Origin: Candidatus Heimdallarchaeota archaeon
GTDB taxonomy: Archaea; Asgardarchaeota; Heimdallarchaeia; Hodarchaeales; Hodarchaeaceae
Reading direction: 5' to 3'
DNA: 64,000 bases
NCBI GenBank assembly: GCA_011364965.1
Contig: RDOB01000001.1
Span: 128,001 to 192,000, forward strand
In this document: piece after piece, positions 1-9,506 of the stretch
How the letters are laid out: each line of letters starts with the position of its first letter
Numbering within the stretch: the first letter of the stretch is position 1
The notes under the pieces: model-generated
Told to the model about the DNA's origin: nothing
What the model saw: only the letters and a program-made list of their open reading frames with translations
The model's database searches: none
Program-made: the position numbers and the translations under genes

Positions 1-222
1 AAATCCAGGAAATTGAGATTTGTAATCCTGCATATTTTGGAAACCAAAACGACGGAAAATATCTTCTAAAAAGAAATCCATGGAATCAAATATATTTTCA
101 AAATTAAAATTCCCGAATTGGTTCATGAAATTATTAAAAAACTCATCAAATGGTGTATCTCGCCGCCTTCGACGAGGAAAACGCTCATCTTCATCATAAT
201 CATCATCTTTTGGATTGGACAT
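1..222 (-). CDS. N-terminal part of a probable small heat-shock protein (Hsp20 family), running off the window edge
   Basis: Manual translation MSNPKDDDYDEDERFPRRRRRDTPFDEFFNNFMNQFGNFNFENIFDSMDFFLEDIFRRFGF; F/D-rich N-terminus typical of archaeal sHSPs; GGTGA RBS upstream. The alpha-crystallin domain is not in the window. Confidence 0.55.
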   Translation of the reverse strand, partial: MSNPKDDDYDEDERFPRRRRRDTPFDEFFNNFMNQFGNFNFENIFDSMDFFLEDIFRRFGFQNMQDYKSQFPGF

Positions 223-493
223 ATATTTATTCACCATTACACAGTTTCCTTTCTACCTAAATAAGTGTTACGTTTTTATTCACATCAGCTAAATGATTTT
301 ATTCACAAGAAGTGATTAACACTTTTACCTCAGTACTAATAACCTTATAATTAATGTAAATAGTGAACAATAATGAGTAATAATCGTCCGAAACTGCTCT
401 TGAAATCGTTATAATAAGTCGTCTGAGGGATCATTTAGAGGTCACGGAGAGGTTTCTTCGAAATGGACGAATCTAACAAAATAATTAACCAAA

Positions 494-1276
494 TTGAGGA
501 GAAATAAATTGCCTATCCCCCGATCAGCTGAAGAAATTAGAAAACTAGAGCTTGAACTTGAGGAGCTTGTAAATAAATTTACAAATAGAGTAAAATTAAT
601 ACGCGAGGATCTGAAATCATTAGTTAAAGATATTGAAGCCTTAAAAAATCATATAGACGATAGAAGAAAGTTATCAAATGACTACACGCGCGAAATTTCT
701 GATTTAACGAATGATCTGCAAGTAATCAAATCTGAAGTCAATCAGGTTGAAAGTGAAATAACTTCTATCCAAACCCAAGTTGATTTGGTAAATAAAAACG
801 CTTCTCAGGTACAGAATGATTTATCTGGAAAGAGAACAACGCTGGCATCTTCTACAACGGAAAGTTCCTCATTAGCAACTCAATTAAACGCTTTAGAAGC
901 GGAGTTAGCATCCTTACAGGGTAAATTTGCCGAACAAACCCCAAAACACTCCGCAAGAATTAATTCTATGTTATCTCAACAAGAAAAATTAGCTACCAAA
1001 CAAGGTATGTTATCTAATCGTTTTGAAGCAATTCGTGTTTTGTGTAGGAAAGACTACATACAAACTCCTGAAGTAGGATTGGTGAAATTTCTAGCAATGA
1101 AACCAAGTTCTGAATCAACTTTAACAGAGGTTCATTCTGCGTTGGGTATGGACATATCTGTTTTGAAAAAAATGCTAAACCAACTGGATTCACGAAAAAT
1201 TTTGGATTTTAGCGAGCAAAAAGAAGTAATTAAATTGCTAGTAGAGATCGATTTGTTCAAAAAGGAGGTATTATAA
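494..1276 (+). CDS. Long coiled-coil protein with a C-terminal winged-helix-like domain
   Basis: Heptad-rich ~180 aa followed by TLTEVHSALGMDISVLKKMLNQLDSRKILDF (wHTH pattern). Confidence 0.65.
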   Translation: MRRNKLPIPRSAEEIRKLELELEELVNKFTNRVKLIREDLKSLVKDIEALKNHIDDRRKLSNDYTREISDLTNDLQVIKSEVNQVESEITSIQTQVDLVNKNASQVQNDLSGKRTTLASSTTESSSLATQLNALEAELASLQGKFAEQTPKHSARINSMLSQQEKLATKQGMLSNRFEAIRVLCRKDYIQTPEVGLVKFLAMKPSSESTLTEVHSALGMDISVLKKMLNQLDSRKILDFSEQKEVIKLLVEIDLFKKEVL

Positions 1277-2008
1277 ATGGATACGGATACTTTGCGGGAA
1301 AAATTTATTAGAAGTGAAGAGGCCCTGATTAGACTAGGGGATGACACAAAGCAGTTAATTTTTTCCCGAGTTCAAGATTTCAAATCAATTAAAGAATATC
1401 TCGATACTCTCATTAAAGAAAAAGAAGCTGTTGATGCCCAAATAACTGAAAAGGAAGCTAAAATTGCTACGCATCAGAATGAAATTAATTCTCAAGCAAA
1501 TTTGAAGGAAGAACTGTTAAATAGACATACACAATTGAAAGAGGAATTACAAGCAAAAGAATCAAGATTAGAAGATCTCAATAATGAAAAAGCTCAAACT
1601 AGTGATAAAATTAATGTATTGAATGATGAGATCGCTGCTATGAAGACGTCCATTTCACAAAGAAAGGAACAAATCTCAGCGTTAACACGAAATATAGCTG
1701 ATTTAGAAGCTAAATTTGCAGCAGAGATAGAATCCACAACAAATAAAACTGCTGAAATATCACAAACTATCGAGAAGCTACAAAATGAAAACTCAATCAT
1801 ATCATTTTTGCTCGAGGAATCAGCAGAAGATATTCCAGAAGTAGATATTCTTGCAGCAGTCATGCAACTTGGAAAAATATCTAAAGAGGAATTAAAAACA
1901 ACTTTAAAAGATCAAATTTCCCCAGTTCTAATAACCCGAACACTTGGACGAATGGCAGAGAAAGGCCTTTTAAAATATGATGAGTCAAATGATATTATCT
2001 CAATATGA
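1277..2008 (+). CDS. Long coiled-coil protein with a C-terminal winged-helix-like domain (probable paralog of the upstream gene)
   Basis: Coiled coil then ISKEELKTTL..ISPVLITRTLGRMAEKGLLKY; GGAGG RBS; abuts the upstream stop (TAA-ATG). Confidence 0.7.
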   Translation: MDTDTLREKFIRSEEALIRLGDDTKQLIFSRVQDFKSIKEYLDTLIKEKEAVDAQITEKEAKIATHQNEINSQANLKEELLNRHTQLKEELQAKESRLEDLNNEKAQTSDKINVLNDEIAAMKTSISQRKEQISALTRNIADLEAKFAAEIESTTNKTAEISQTIEKLQNENSIISFLLEESAEDIPEVDILAAVMQLGKISKEELKTTLKDQISPVLITRTLGRMAEKGLLKYDESNDIISI

Positions 2009-3058
2009 ATGACTGGAGTAATAGGTCTCTTGACCGAGATTAAAAATCAGATTTCTGATTGGAACTTCTTCAAAGCTCTACAAACAGGAAAAATACAATG
2101 CCTAGCTTGTCCTAGACATTGTCAACTAGTTGAGGATGAAATTGGATGGTGTGGAGCTCGTTTGAACAAGGGAGGAAAGATAATTCCTCGTACATATGGC
2201 CTAGTTTCTTCGATCGCTGTTGATCCAATAGAAAAGAAACCCCTTTATCATTTTCTCCCCGGATCAGACATTCTATCAATTGGGTCTCATGGGTGTAATC
2301 TGGGGTGTCTAAATTGCCAAAATTATTCTATTTCAATGAATCGTTCTATTACTTCTTTAAGGAAAATGCCCCCCGAGGAGTTAATTCAGATTGCTTTAGC
2401 AAAAAAGTTACCCTCAATTGCTTCTACTTATAATGAACCAATGATAGCCTTTGAGTATGTTCGCGATATAGCAAATTTGGCACACAATGAAAATTTAAAG
2501 ATGGTGGTCGTGGATAATGGGTATATTTCTAGAAGACTTGCAGAAAAACTTGCTCCACTGATTGACGCAGCAAATATTGACATAAAAGGTTTCTCAAAGG
2601 AATTTTATAAAGAAATTTGCAGTGCACCCTCTTGGAAACCGATTCTAAAGACATGTGAGATATTTCATGAAAATGAGGTTCATCTTGAGATCACAAATCT
2701 TGTGATCCCTACTAAAAATGATTCCTCAGAAATGATCAATGAGATGTGTAAATGGATATACCAAACACTGGGTGAGGACACTCCCGTGCATTTTTCTCGC
2801 TTTCATCCTGATTATAAGCTACATAATATACCTAGTACCCCTATTGGCACGCTAGAGAAAGCTTACCATATTGCAAAAGAAGTGGGGTTGAATTATGTCT
2901 ATATTGGCAATGTTAGATCCAGTAAGGGAAATAATAGTTTTTGTCCCAAGTGTGATAACTTACTAATTGAAAGAATGGGATTCTATACATCTATTGTCGG
3001 TTTAAAGAATGGAAAATGTACTAATTGCCATCAATCTCTTGCATTTATACTTTCTTAA
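2009..3058 (+). CDS. amrS: AmmeMemoRadiSam-system radical SAM enzyme (PFL-activase-like)
   Basis: N-terminal CxxCPRxC, DPIEKKPLYHF, GCNLGCLNCQN radical SAM motif, HFSRFHP, C-terminal CPKC. Confidence 0.9.
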   Translation: MTGVIGLLTEIKNQISDWNFFKALQTGKIQCLACPRHCQLVEDEIGWCGARLNKGGKIIPRTYGLVSSIAVDPIEKKPLYHFLPGSDILSIGSHGCNLGCLNCQNYSISMNRSITSLRKMPPEELIQIALAKKLPSIASTYNEPMIAFEYVRDIANLAHNENLKMVVVDNGYISRRLAEKLAPLIDAANIDIKGFSKEFYKEICSAPSWKPILKTCEIFHENEVHLEITNLVIPTKNDSSEMINEMCKWIYQTLGEDTPVHFSRFHPDYKLHNIPSTPIGTLEKAYHIAKEVGLNYVYIGNVRSSKGNNSFCPKCDNLLIERMGFYTSIVGLKNGKCTNCHQSLAFILS

Positions 3059-3501
3059 CCATCTAGTGAATCTGGGAAATTTGTAGCAAATGGAATTTCA
3101 TATAATTGTTTTTCATACAGAGTATAAATTTGAATTTTTGAGGGATCTTTATTCTTTCCAATAACCCACACATACGGAAAAGGCCAATTCTTCATAAATA
3201 GTAAATCTCTCTTTGATGGCTTTGTGTTACTAAAACTAGGATGGGAATGAAAGATTCCAATTAATGAATGTCCTTTTTTCTCAAAAAAATGGATTTCTTT
3301 AACCATTATCTCATAATCCAGAGAGAAACTGGTTGAAGATTGATCGAGATTTTCCATGATAGTTAAATTGTTAATATTAACAGAAGACTCATTAAAATGG
3401 CCGAAAAGTAAAACGATCTTCTCAATTTCTGAATAATCTCTTAGTAATTCTTTTAACTTGCCAAGAACATCCTTTTCCATAATAACGCGTTTATATATCA
3501 A
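3055..3501 (-). CDS. JAB/MPN+ (JAMM) metalloprotease
   Basis: GIFHSHP-x6-PSKRD JAMM motif. Confidence 0.85.
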   Translation of the reverse strand: MIYKRVIMEKDVLGKLKELLRDYSEIEKIVLLFGHFNESSVNINNLTIMENLDQSSTSFSLDYEIMVKEIHFFEKKGHSLIGIFHSHPSFSNTKPSKRDLLFMKNWPFPYVWVIGKNKDPSKIQIYTLYEKQLYEIPFATNFPDSLDG

Positions 3502-3537
3502 TTTTCAGACCCATATCACTATTTAAAGATAGTCTCA

Positions 3538-4917
3538 TCATGGATATTCAGGAAGATACTCCCTGGTAACTAAAATTGATGTTTCATATCCATTGTCCAT
3601 CGCTGACTCCGAGAAGGTTTGTTGCGCACTTGGTTCCCCATGCAGTGCAATAATTTTCTTAGGATGTGTATAACGCACCATTTCTAGCAAACCTTCGAGT
3701 GAAGCGTGTCCAGAGAATTCGAATTGTTTAATTTCCAGATTAAGCTGGACTTCAAATACATCTCCAAAGCCATCATCCAAAACTAAATCCGTATCACCTG
3801 ATACAATTTGATGCCCAACAGTTCCTTCTACCTGATAACCCACAACATAAAGACCATTCAATTTGCTTCCAGCGTGATATCGTAAATAATCGTATACTGG
3901 TCCACCTTCAAGCATCCCAGAGGTGGTTAATGCAATGTGACTTTTTTGATTATGGCTTAGCATCTCTCGTTTCTTAATTCTTTTTCCATGTGGCGATATT
4001 TCGTCGATTGAATGGATTCCGTCGTGATCAAAAGGTGAAGTAAGTCCCTTATCCTTTAGTTCTAAAAGTATCCGTTGAGAAACCCAATCTCTAGTTAGAT
4101 ATTTTCGATAAATCTCATTCATTTCAAGAATCATGCCATCAACATAAAGGGGAAACTTATGAAGGAAAGAGTCAAAATCATTCATTAAATAAGCTTGAAT
4201 TTCTTGAGAACGCCCCAAAGCAAATGATGGAATGATCGCTTTTCCCCCACGAGCATAACATTTCAACAAGCTTTTTGTTAAATCTGATGTAACAACTTTT
4301 CGACTTGCGATCTGCCTATCTGCATTCGTCGTCTCAATTAATAATATATCAATCGGATTATCTGGATCAGGGTAAACCATTGGGTCATGAAAGGGTGTTT
4401 TTGCGTTATTAAAATCCCCAGAATAAAAGATTCTGGTGCCCTCCCAATCGATTAAAATCGATGAACTTCCAAGAATGTGACTTGCATTATAAAATTCCGC
4501 GGTGATACCATCCGCTATCTTAAACTTTTTATTGTATTTGTGAATAGATATTTTGCTTTGTGCCTTATGCATGTCAGAAACGCCATAATGGTGAGGACCT
4601 TCTATTTTTAGGTGATCTTTCCAAAGAATTTGAAGAATATCTCTTGTAGGAGTTGTCATATAGGTAAGTCCTTTGTATCCAGCCCTATATAAGGCGGGAA
4701 TATAAGCAGAATGATCTATATGTGCATGAGAAAGGAGAAGAGCGGTCAATTCAGGTGCAAAAACATCTACACCTTCAGGGGGTGTAGATAGCATCCTAGT
4801 TTTACGGGGATGTAGCTGAATTCCTGCATCGATGATCACATGGTGATCCTTATCTGAAATCATCAAGCAGGATTTACCTACTGAATCTGATGCTCCAAAA
4901 ACCGTAATTTCTAACAT
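3538..4917 (-). CDS. Metallo-beta-lactamase/beta-CASP ribonuclease (archaeal CPSF-like)
   Basis: SHAHIDH, HILGS, YSGDF, PSFALGRSQE, SGMLEGG, GYQVEGT, FSGHA. Confidence 0.9.
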   Translation of the reverse strand: MLEITVFGASDSVGKSCLMISDKDHHVIIDAGIQLHPRKTRMLSTPPEGVDVFAPELTALLLSHAHIDHSAYIPALYRAGYKGLTYMTTPTRDILQILWKDHLKIEGPHHYGVSDMHKAQSKISIHKYNKKFKIADGITAEFYNASHILGSSSILIDWEGTRIFYSGDFNNAKTPFHDPMVYPDPDNPIDILLIETTNADRQIASRKVVTSDLTKSLLKCYARGGKAIIPSFALGRSQEIQAYLMNDFDSFLHKFPLYVDGMILEMNEIYRKYLTRDWVSQRILLELKDKGLTSPFDHDGIHSIDEISPHGKRIKKREMLSHNQKSHIALTTSGMLEGGPVYDYLRYHAGSKLNGLYVVGYQVEGTVGHQIVSGDTDLVLDDGFGDVFEVQLNLEIKQFEFSGHASLEGLLEMVRYTHPKKIIALHGEPSAQQTFSESAMDNGYETSILVTREYLPEYP

Positions 4918-5074
4918 TATTTGAAACTCACGACCACCTAAGTATGAATAGGGGTCAATTGAAATTTGACTTAGAAGTAAATTAGAGTTTTTTCCTTTGA
5001 AGGTTCAAAATGCTATTGTTCTTTAATGAAAAAGTCTAAATAGCTCATTTAGACTAATCAGTATTTGATCGATA

Positions 5075-5785
5075 ATGTCAACAGATCTCCAACAGATATC
5101 AATTTCAGGAATCCCTATAGGGTTAATAATAATATTTCTTGGATCTTTATTGAATTTTCCCCTTCTTTATAATTTAGGAATCATAATTTTCTCTTTTTCC
5201 ATACTAATTTTGCTAGTACAATGGGTAGCGACTGGCGGATTTGCAGAATTTCTAAATTGGATTCCGATGCTGATTATTATTTCAATAATTTTCACTTTGG
5301 GAAGTGATTTTGTCTCTCAATCAGATCAAACACAGTTATTCACATGGCCTTTTATTCTAATTGTCCTTATAATCGTCTTAACTTTTTTTAGCTCACAAGG
5401 AGGAGATTTTAGCATTATAATACCTTTTATTCCTGTTCTAATTGGTCTAGGCCTCTTAGGGATTGTCGGAGGTGAATTATTATGGCAAGATCCACTAAGA
5501 GGGATAGCTTATGCTTTAGGGTTTTTAGGAATAACTATCATGTTAATATGGATGAAAATAAGAACCGTTCAGAAAAAGGAACCGGTAACAGGCGATAAAT
5601 TATCAATAATAAACAAATCGGGAACTGCAATTTCAGATATAAGTCCAGGAAAAGAAGGGAGAGTAAGAATTGGAGGAGCAATTTGGAAAGCAATCTCAGA
5701 TCATGTGATCTATGAGAATATGGAAATTATTGTCCAAGATCTATCCGAAACTCAATTAACCGTGAAAGTTGTACCAGCAAAATAA
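5075..5785 (+). CDS. NfeD-family membrane protein (TM helices plus C-terminal OB fold)
   Basis: Hydrophobic N-terminal region; GRVRIGGAIWKA C-terminal motif. Confidence 0.8.
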   Translation: MSTDLQQISISGIPIGLIIIFLGSLLNFPLLYNLGIIIFSFSILILLVQWVATGGFAEFLNWIPMLIIISIIFTLGSDFVSQSDQTQLFTWPFILIVLIIVLTFFSSQGGDFSIIIPFIPVLIGLGLLGIVGGELLWQDPLRGIAYALGFLGITIMLIWMKIRTVQKKEPVTGDKLSIINKSGTAISDISPGKEGRVRIGGAIWKAISDHVIYENMEIIVQDLSETQLTVKVVPAK

Positions 5786-5862
5786 GGGCTTCTATCTCAC
5801 AAAATGACTTAAATTATTAATTAGTCTAGTTTATTTGCGTTCATTGGTAAAATCCCGGTAAG

Positions 5863-5936
5863 GGGCCGGTGGTCTAGCTCGGTATGACGCCTCCCTCACA
5901 CGGAGGAAATCGATGGTTCAAATCCGTCCCGGCCCA
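5863..5936 (+). tRNA. tRNA-Val(CAC), intronless
   Basis: GGGCCGG/CCGGCCC acceptor stem, CCTCC-CTCACAC-GGAGG anticodon arm, GGTTCAAATCC T arm. Confidence 0.95.
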
Positions 5937-5952
5937 TTTTGATTCTCGTACT

Positions 5953-8160
5953 TTAACCGTTGAAAGCATCTAAAATATAAGAGTAGATATCTTTTTCTTT
6001 CCCTTCTGAGATATGCTTTAATCTTCTGACAATTAATTCAGGAGTAGATTTTGCATACTTATAATAAACAGGTGTACGATTAACTAGTAATTCCAACTCT
6101 TCGGAAAGTCCTTTTGCTTCAATTCCATCAATTCTAATTGGTTCTTTACTATATTCTGCTATTAGTTGTGCAAGATGAGTGACGAATATTCCCAAAGAGT
6201 TAGGATCACGACTTAATAAATCAAGAAACGCAGCTATGACTCGAGCAGATGCTCCAGGTTCTGAAATACTTTCCATTTCATCTGCTAGGACAAGTCGAGA
6301 TTCAGGACTTAAAATCATTTTTGATAATGTTCGTAAAGTACTTTCAAAAGCCCCTGCGTTCATTTGTCCGGATGATTTTCTGTAATAATGAAACTCCATA
6401 AATCCTCCAATTGAAGTTTTTTTTGCAGGAACTGGAAGACCCATTTGAGCTAGAATGACTATGATTGCCAAAGTTACCAATAAAGTTGTTTTACCACCGC
6501 TGTTTGCTCCTGATAATAGAATAATCCGCTCTCCTTTCACAAGTCCTTCAATTTTACCAAATTCCCCTGCTGCGTAGGAAACAGGTTCGAGGTTCATTTT
6601 CCCCAATAACGCCTGATTTGCTAAAAACAGATTTTTCCCTTCATCAACAATAATTCCAGTTCCTGAACCAAAAATAAATTGAGGTATTACCATTTGGTAA
6701 TCATTAGCAAATTTTCCAAGCATGAGAAGATAGTCGATTTCAAACATATTTTGCAAAGCATCTTTTACCAATTCAATAAATGGATAAAACGATCGAGCTA
6801 GACTCACTTTTAGCTCGAAGGCAGTAATTGCCCTTTTTTGTCTCAATAAATCTTTTATTCGATCAACAGATTCATCAATTGAGTCTATTGGATAACGAAG
6901 CTCACGAGGAAAAATTCCAGAGGCATAATCCAACTCTTCGTATTTTAAATTCAATTCTTTAACAAGTTGACTTTCTGCTTGGGTTATTAATTCTTCTACA
7001 GCCATAAATAATTCTTCATCCAAATAATCACGTAATTCAGAATTTCTTGAGCTGCTTGAATAACCTATTTCTTCATCTGCCATTCCCTTAAGTAAAGCTA
7101 TGATTTTCTCTCCACCTAGTTCTACTGTTGTATCCTTCAACATTTTTTCAAGCTGTTCATTCAATGTGAGTAGCACTTCAGATAATTTTTCATCAAACTT
7201 CACTTCTGCATTTAATAATCTAGAAAATTCTACACTAACTGATTCTGCAGGTTCACCTGAGTCAGTAATTTTGTTGAGCATATCACCCATTTCCTTGATC
7301 TGATTGAGATCTAATTCCCCAATAAACATAGGAAGATCAAGCGGAGGAAGTGTTTGAAGTAAATGGGCAAGATTGGCAATAGATTTTAAACAAATTTTAT
7401 TTCTAGCAAAAAAAATTAATGTTTTTTCAGGTAACAGTTGTATTATATCTTTTCTTTGACTCTCTGGAATCATGTATACATTGGGTAAGGATTCATCAAG
7501 CAGAATGTCAGAACCAATCCAGAGGATTTCATCATACTCTTTCATTGAGGAGATATCTTCGGGATCTTCTAAAAATATCATTTCACAATTATCAGCGATA
7601 TCTGTTTGACTCAATTCTTTGTAAATCTGTTTATCAGTAGTTATAATGATTCGAGAAGCTGTATCGAGTGAAATTATTCTGTCCTTTAATGGTGATAAAT
7701 TCTTTAATTGACTATCATAATCTTCTATGTGTTGTTTTGATTTTTCAATTAGGGAAATCAATTGCTTTCCTAATTGGGCTTGTTTTTGACGTTGTTTTAT
7801 CTTCTCGATGAATGATATAGGTAATGGAAAGTATAGATATAATTTTGAGCGAGAATATAAAGTATTCGCGTATTTGGAAATCAAATCGGTAATTCGATTG
7901 TAAATTAATATCGCATCCTCCGTTTTTAGGAAATTTTCCAATTTCTCACCCGTTTCTTGGAAATGTAGATTTCTACATAGAGTTAACGCGAATCTCTCCC
8001 CGATTCCTTCAATTGAGGATAATTCTGCTATCCTAGAATTTCTCAGGAGATTTAGAACAGTTTCCTCGGTTCCAAAAGCATTAATAAGCTTTTCTTCAAC
8101 CGAGGGGCCGATTCCGCGAATTTCTCTTAGTCTTTTTACGTCATTCATCTCTTTAATCAC
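5953..8160 (-). CDS. Archaeal MutS-like protein (N-terminal HhH repeats, C-terminal MutS ATPase domain)
   Basis: IRGIGP and IEGIGE HhH motifs; SGANSGGKTT Walker A; LADEMES; FVTHL. Confidence 0.85.
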   Translation of the reverse strand: MIKEMNDVKRLREIRGIGPSVEEKLINAFGTEETVLNLLRNSRIAELSSIEGIGERFALTLCRNLHFQETGEKLENFLKTEDAILIYNRITDLISKYANTLYSRSKLYLYFPLPISFIEKIKQRQKQAQLGKQLISLIEKSKQHIEDYDSQLKNLSPLKDRIISLDTASRIIITTDKQIYKELSQTDIADNCEMIFLEDPEDISSMKEYDEILWIGSDILLDESLPNVYMIPESQRKDIIQLLPEKTLIFFARNKICLKSIANLAHLLQTLPPLDLPMFIGELDLNQIKEMGDMLNKITDSGEPAESVSVEFSRLLNAEVKFDEKLSEVLLTLNEQLEKMLKDTTVELGGEKIIALLKGMADEEIGYSSSSRNSELRDYLDEELFMAVEELITQAESQLVKELNLKYEELDYASGIFPRELRYPIDSIDESVDRIKDLLRQKRAITAFELKVSLARSFYPFIELVKDALQNMFEIDYLLMLGKFANDYQMVIPQFIFGSGTGIIVDEGKNLFLANQALLGKMNLEPVSYAAGEFGKIEGLVKGERIILLSGANSGGKTTLLVTLAIIVILAQMGLPVPAKKTSIGGFMEFHYYRKSSGQMNAGAFESTLRTLSKMILSPESRLVLADEMESISEPGASARVIAAFLDLLSRDPNSLGIFVTHLAQLIAEYSKEPIRIDGIEAKGLSEELELLVNRTPVYYKYAKSTPELIVRRLKHISEGKEKDIYSYILDAFNG

Positions 8161-8224
8161 TCAATGAATCTTGGATACCAGTTTTCTATGTGAATTTTTG
8201 TATATTATTTAGGTTACAGTCGAG

Positions 8225-9136
8225 CTAGAGATAGTTAATTCTTTTTGCTCTAGCAAGATTAATAAATTCTTGAATCTCTGAATATGAACAGTGATCGGAA
8301 TAAGGGAAGAAATGGACGTTAAAAGCTTTTTTACGTAATTTTAAACTCCATCCTGTTGGAGAAATGCGAAGAGCTTCAATTAATTTAATCTTGTTGTCCT
8401 CAGAAATCCCATGTAAATTCTCTACAACTCGTCGGGAATCAACATAAACTCCAGTTCCTCCTTCAGAAGTAAAAATGTCCCACTCCCCTCCAATTTCTTT
8501 ATATATCCTTTCTTTCAATTCCGAGGCAGTAATTTTGACTTTAAGCGCCTGACTCACTGTTCTAAGAAGAAGTTCCTTTCCTATTTGATATGAAGCAATC
8601 CAAATATCTCTTTCAGGAAAATTCCCCGATGATAAAATCAATGTGACTATCTGAGAAATCATTTCTTCTCTAGAAGGAAAATCAAATCTTGAATCAGCTC
8701 CATAGGTATTATCGAGCCAGAGTTGATCAGCTCCTTGCAATAAATCTCTTTCTTTGCGCATAGAATCCCCCATTCGAAAATCACCTGTATAAATTTCCTT
8801 TAATCCAGTTTTTGATTCGATTACATACATCAAACTACCAACACAATGATTTGCATCAATTGCATGTACTATGAAGTCATCGAAATCCAAAGACTGATTA
8901 GGATTTACTATCAAGCACTTTTCTTTGGGAATATTGCATAGAAAACGGATTACTGATGATGTCTCATCAGAACATACAATTATTACATCAGGATCTGAAA
9001 GACTATATTTGATACCAGAAAGATGATCCGAATGAGCATGAGATAGAAAAAAGTATTGAGAAGATTTTCTACGACTATCTTTTCGTCGAAAGGGAAATTC
9101 ATCAAAATAGCTCTCTGCAATATGTGAAAAAACCAT
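8225..9136 (-). CDS. SNM1/Apollo/Artemis-like MBL beta-CASP DNA nuclease
   Basis: FLSHAHSDH, DANHCVGS, YTGDFR, LDNTY, YQIGKE, PTGWS, PYSDHCSYSE. Confidence 0.85.
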   Translation of the reverse strand: MVFSHIAESYFDEFPFRRKDSRRKSSQYFFLSHAHSDHLSGIKYSLSDPDVIIVCSDETSSVIRFLCNIPKEKCLIVNPNQSLDFDDFIVHAIDANHCVGSLMYVIESKTGLKEIYTGDFRMGDSMRKERDLLQGADQLWLDNTYGADSRFDFPSREEMISQIVTLILSSGNFPERDIWIASYQIGKELLLRTVSQALKVKITASELKERIYKEIGGEWDIFTSEGGTGVYVDSRRVVENLHGISEDNKIKLIEALRISPTGWSLKLRKKAFNVHFFPYSDHCSYSEIQEFINLARAKRINYL

Positions 9137-9341
9137 TCTTTCAAACCCTTGTAATCAAATTACCCAATAGCAAAGGAGACTTCTTAATATCTACAAAATG
9201 CAAAGCATATATTTTTTTGTTGGTATTATAAACAATTCTATTATTTTATTATTTCTATACCCGTAAATTCATTTTCTAGACATATAAGCTTACCAATAGA
9301 GGATAAGAGCGAAATAATTTCAAAGGATGTGAAAAAGAAGG

Positions 9342-9350
9342 AAAAAAAAA
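9342..9350 (-). terminator. Oligo-U terminator of the 5S rRNA precursor
   Basis: T9 run on the minus strand just after the 3' arm of the processing stem. Confidence 0.55.
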
Positions 9351-9385
9351 TAATAATGTTACGCTTATGCCAAGGAGAGTTCTGT

Positions 9386-9506
9386 TTCCGGGTTCGGAAC
9401 GAGACCGGGTGTTCCTCAGGCCCTTTGGCCGGGCAAGTACCCAGCTTTCCGATGTTCCCGTAGGCGCTAGCACAACAGTACAGATCGGAACGGAGCCTAA
9501 CTTAAC
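9386..9506 (-). rRNA. rrf: 5S rRNA gene, circularly permuted (3' half 9506-9438, CU linker, 5' half 9435-9386)
   Basis: Minus strand reads GTTAAGTTAGGCTCCGTTCCGATCTGTACTG...CGGGAACATCGGAAAGCTGGGTA-CT-TGCCCGGCCAAAGGGCCTGAGGAACACCCGGTCTCGTTCCGAACCCGGAA; helix I (UGCCCGGC/GCUGGGUA), helix II (GGGCCUGA/UUAGGCUC), loop C CCGAAC and helix V (UUCCGAU/AUCGGAA) all pair; 121 nt. Confidence 0.9.

Noticed and set aside
494-2008. SMC/Rad50 or ESCRT-III (CdvB) assignment for the coiled-coil pair
   Set aside because: No Walker motifs, hinge or zinc hook, and no recognisable Snf7 helical pattern.
9276-9473. 65-aa ORF on the minus strand
   Set aside because: It overlaps the permuted 5S rRNA and its processing stem and has no protein features.
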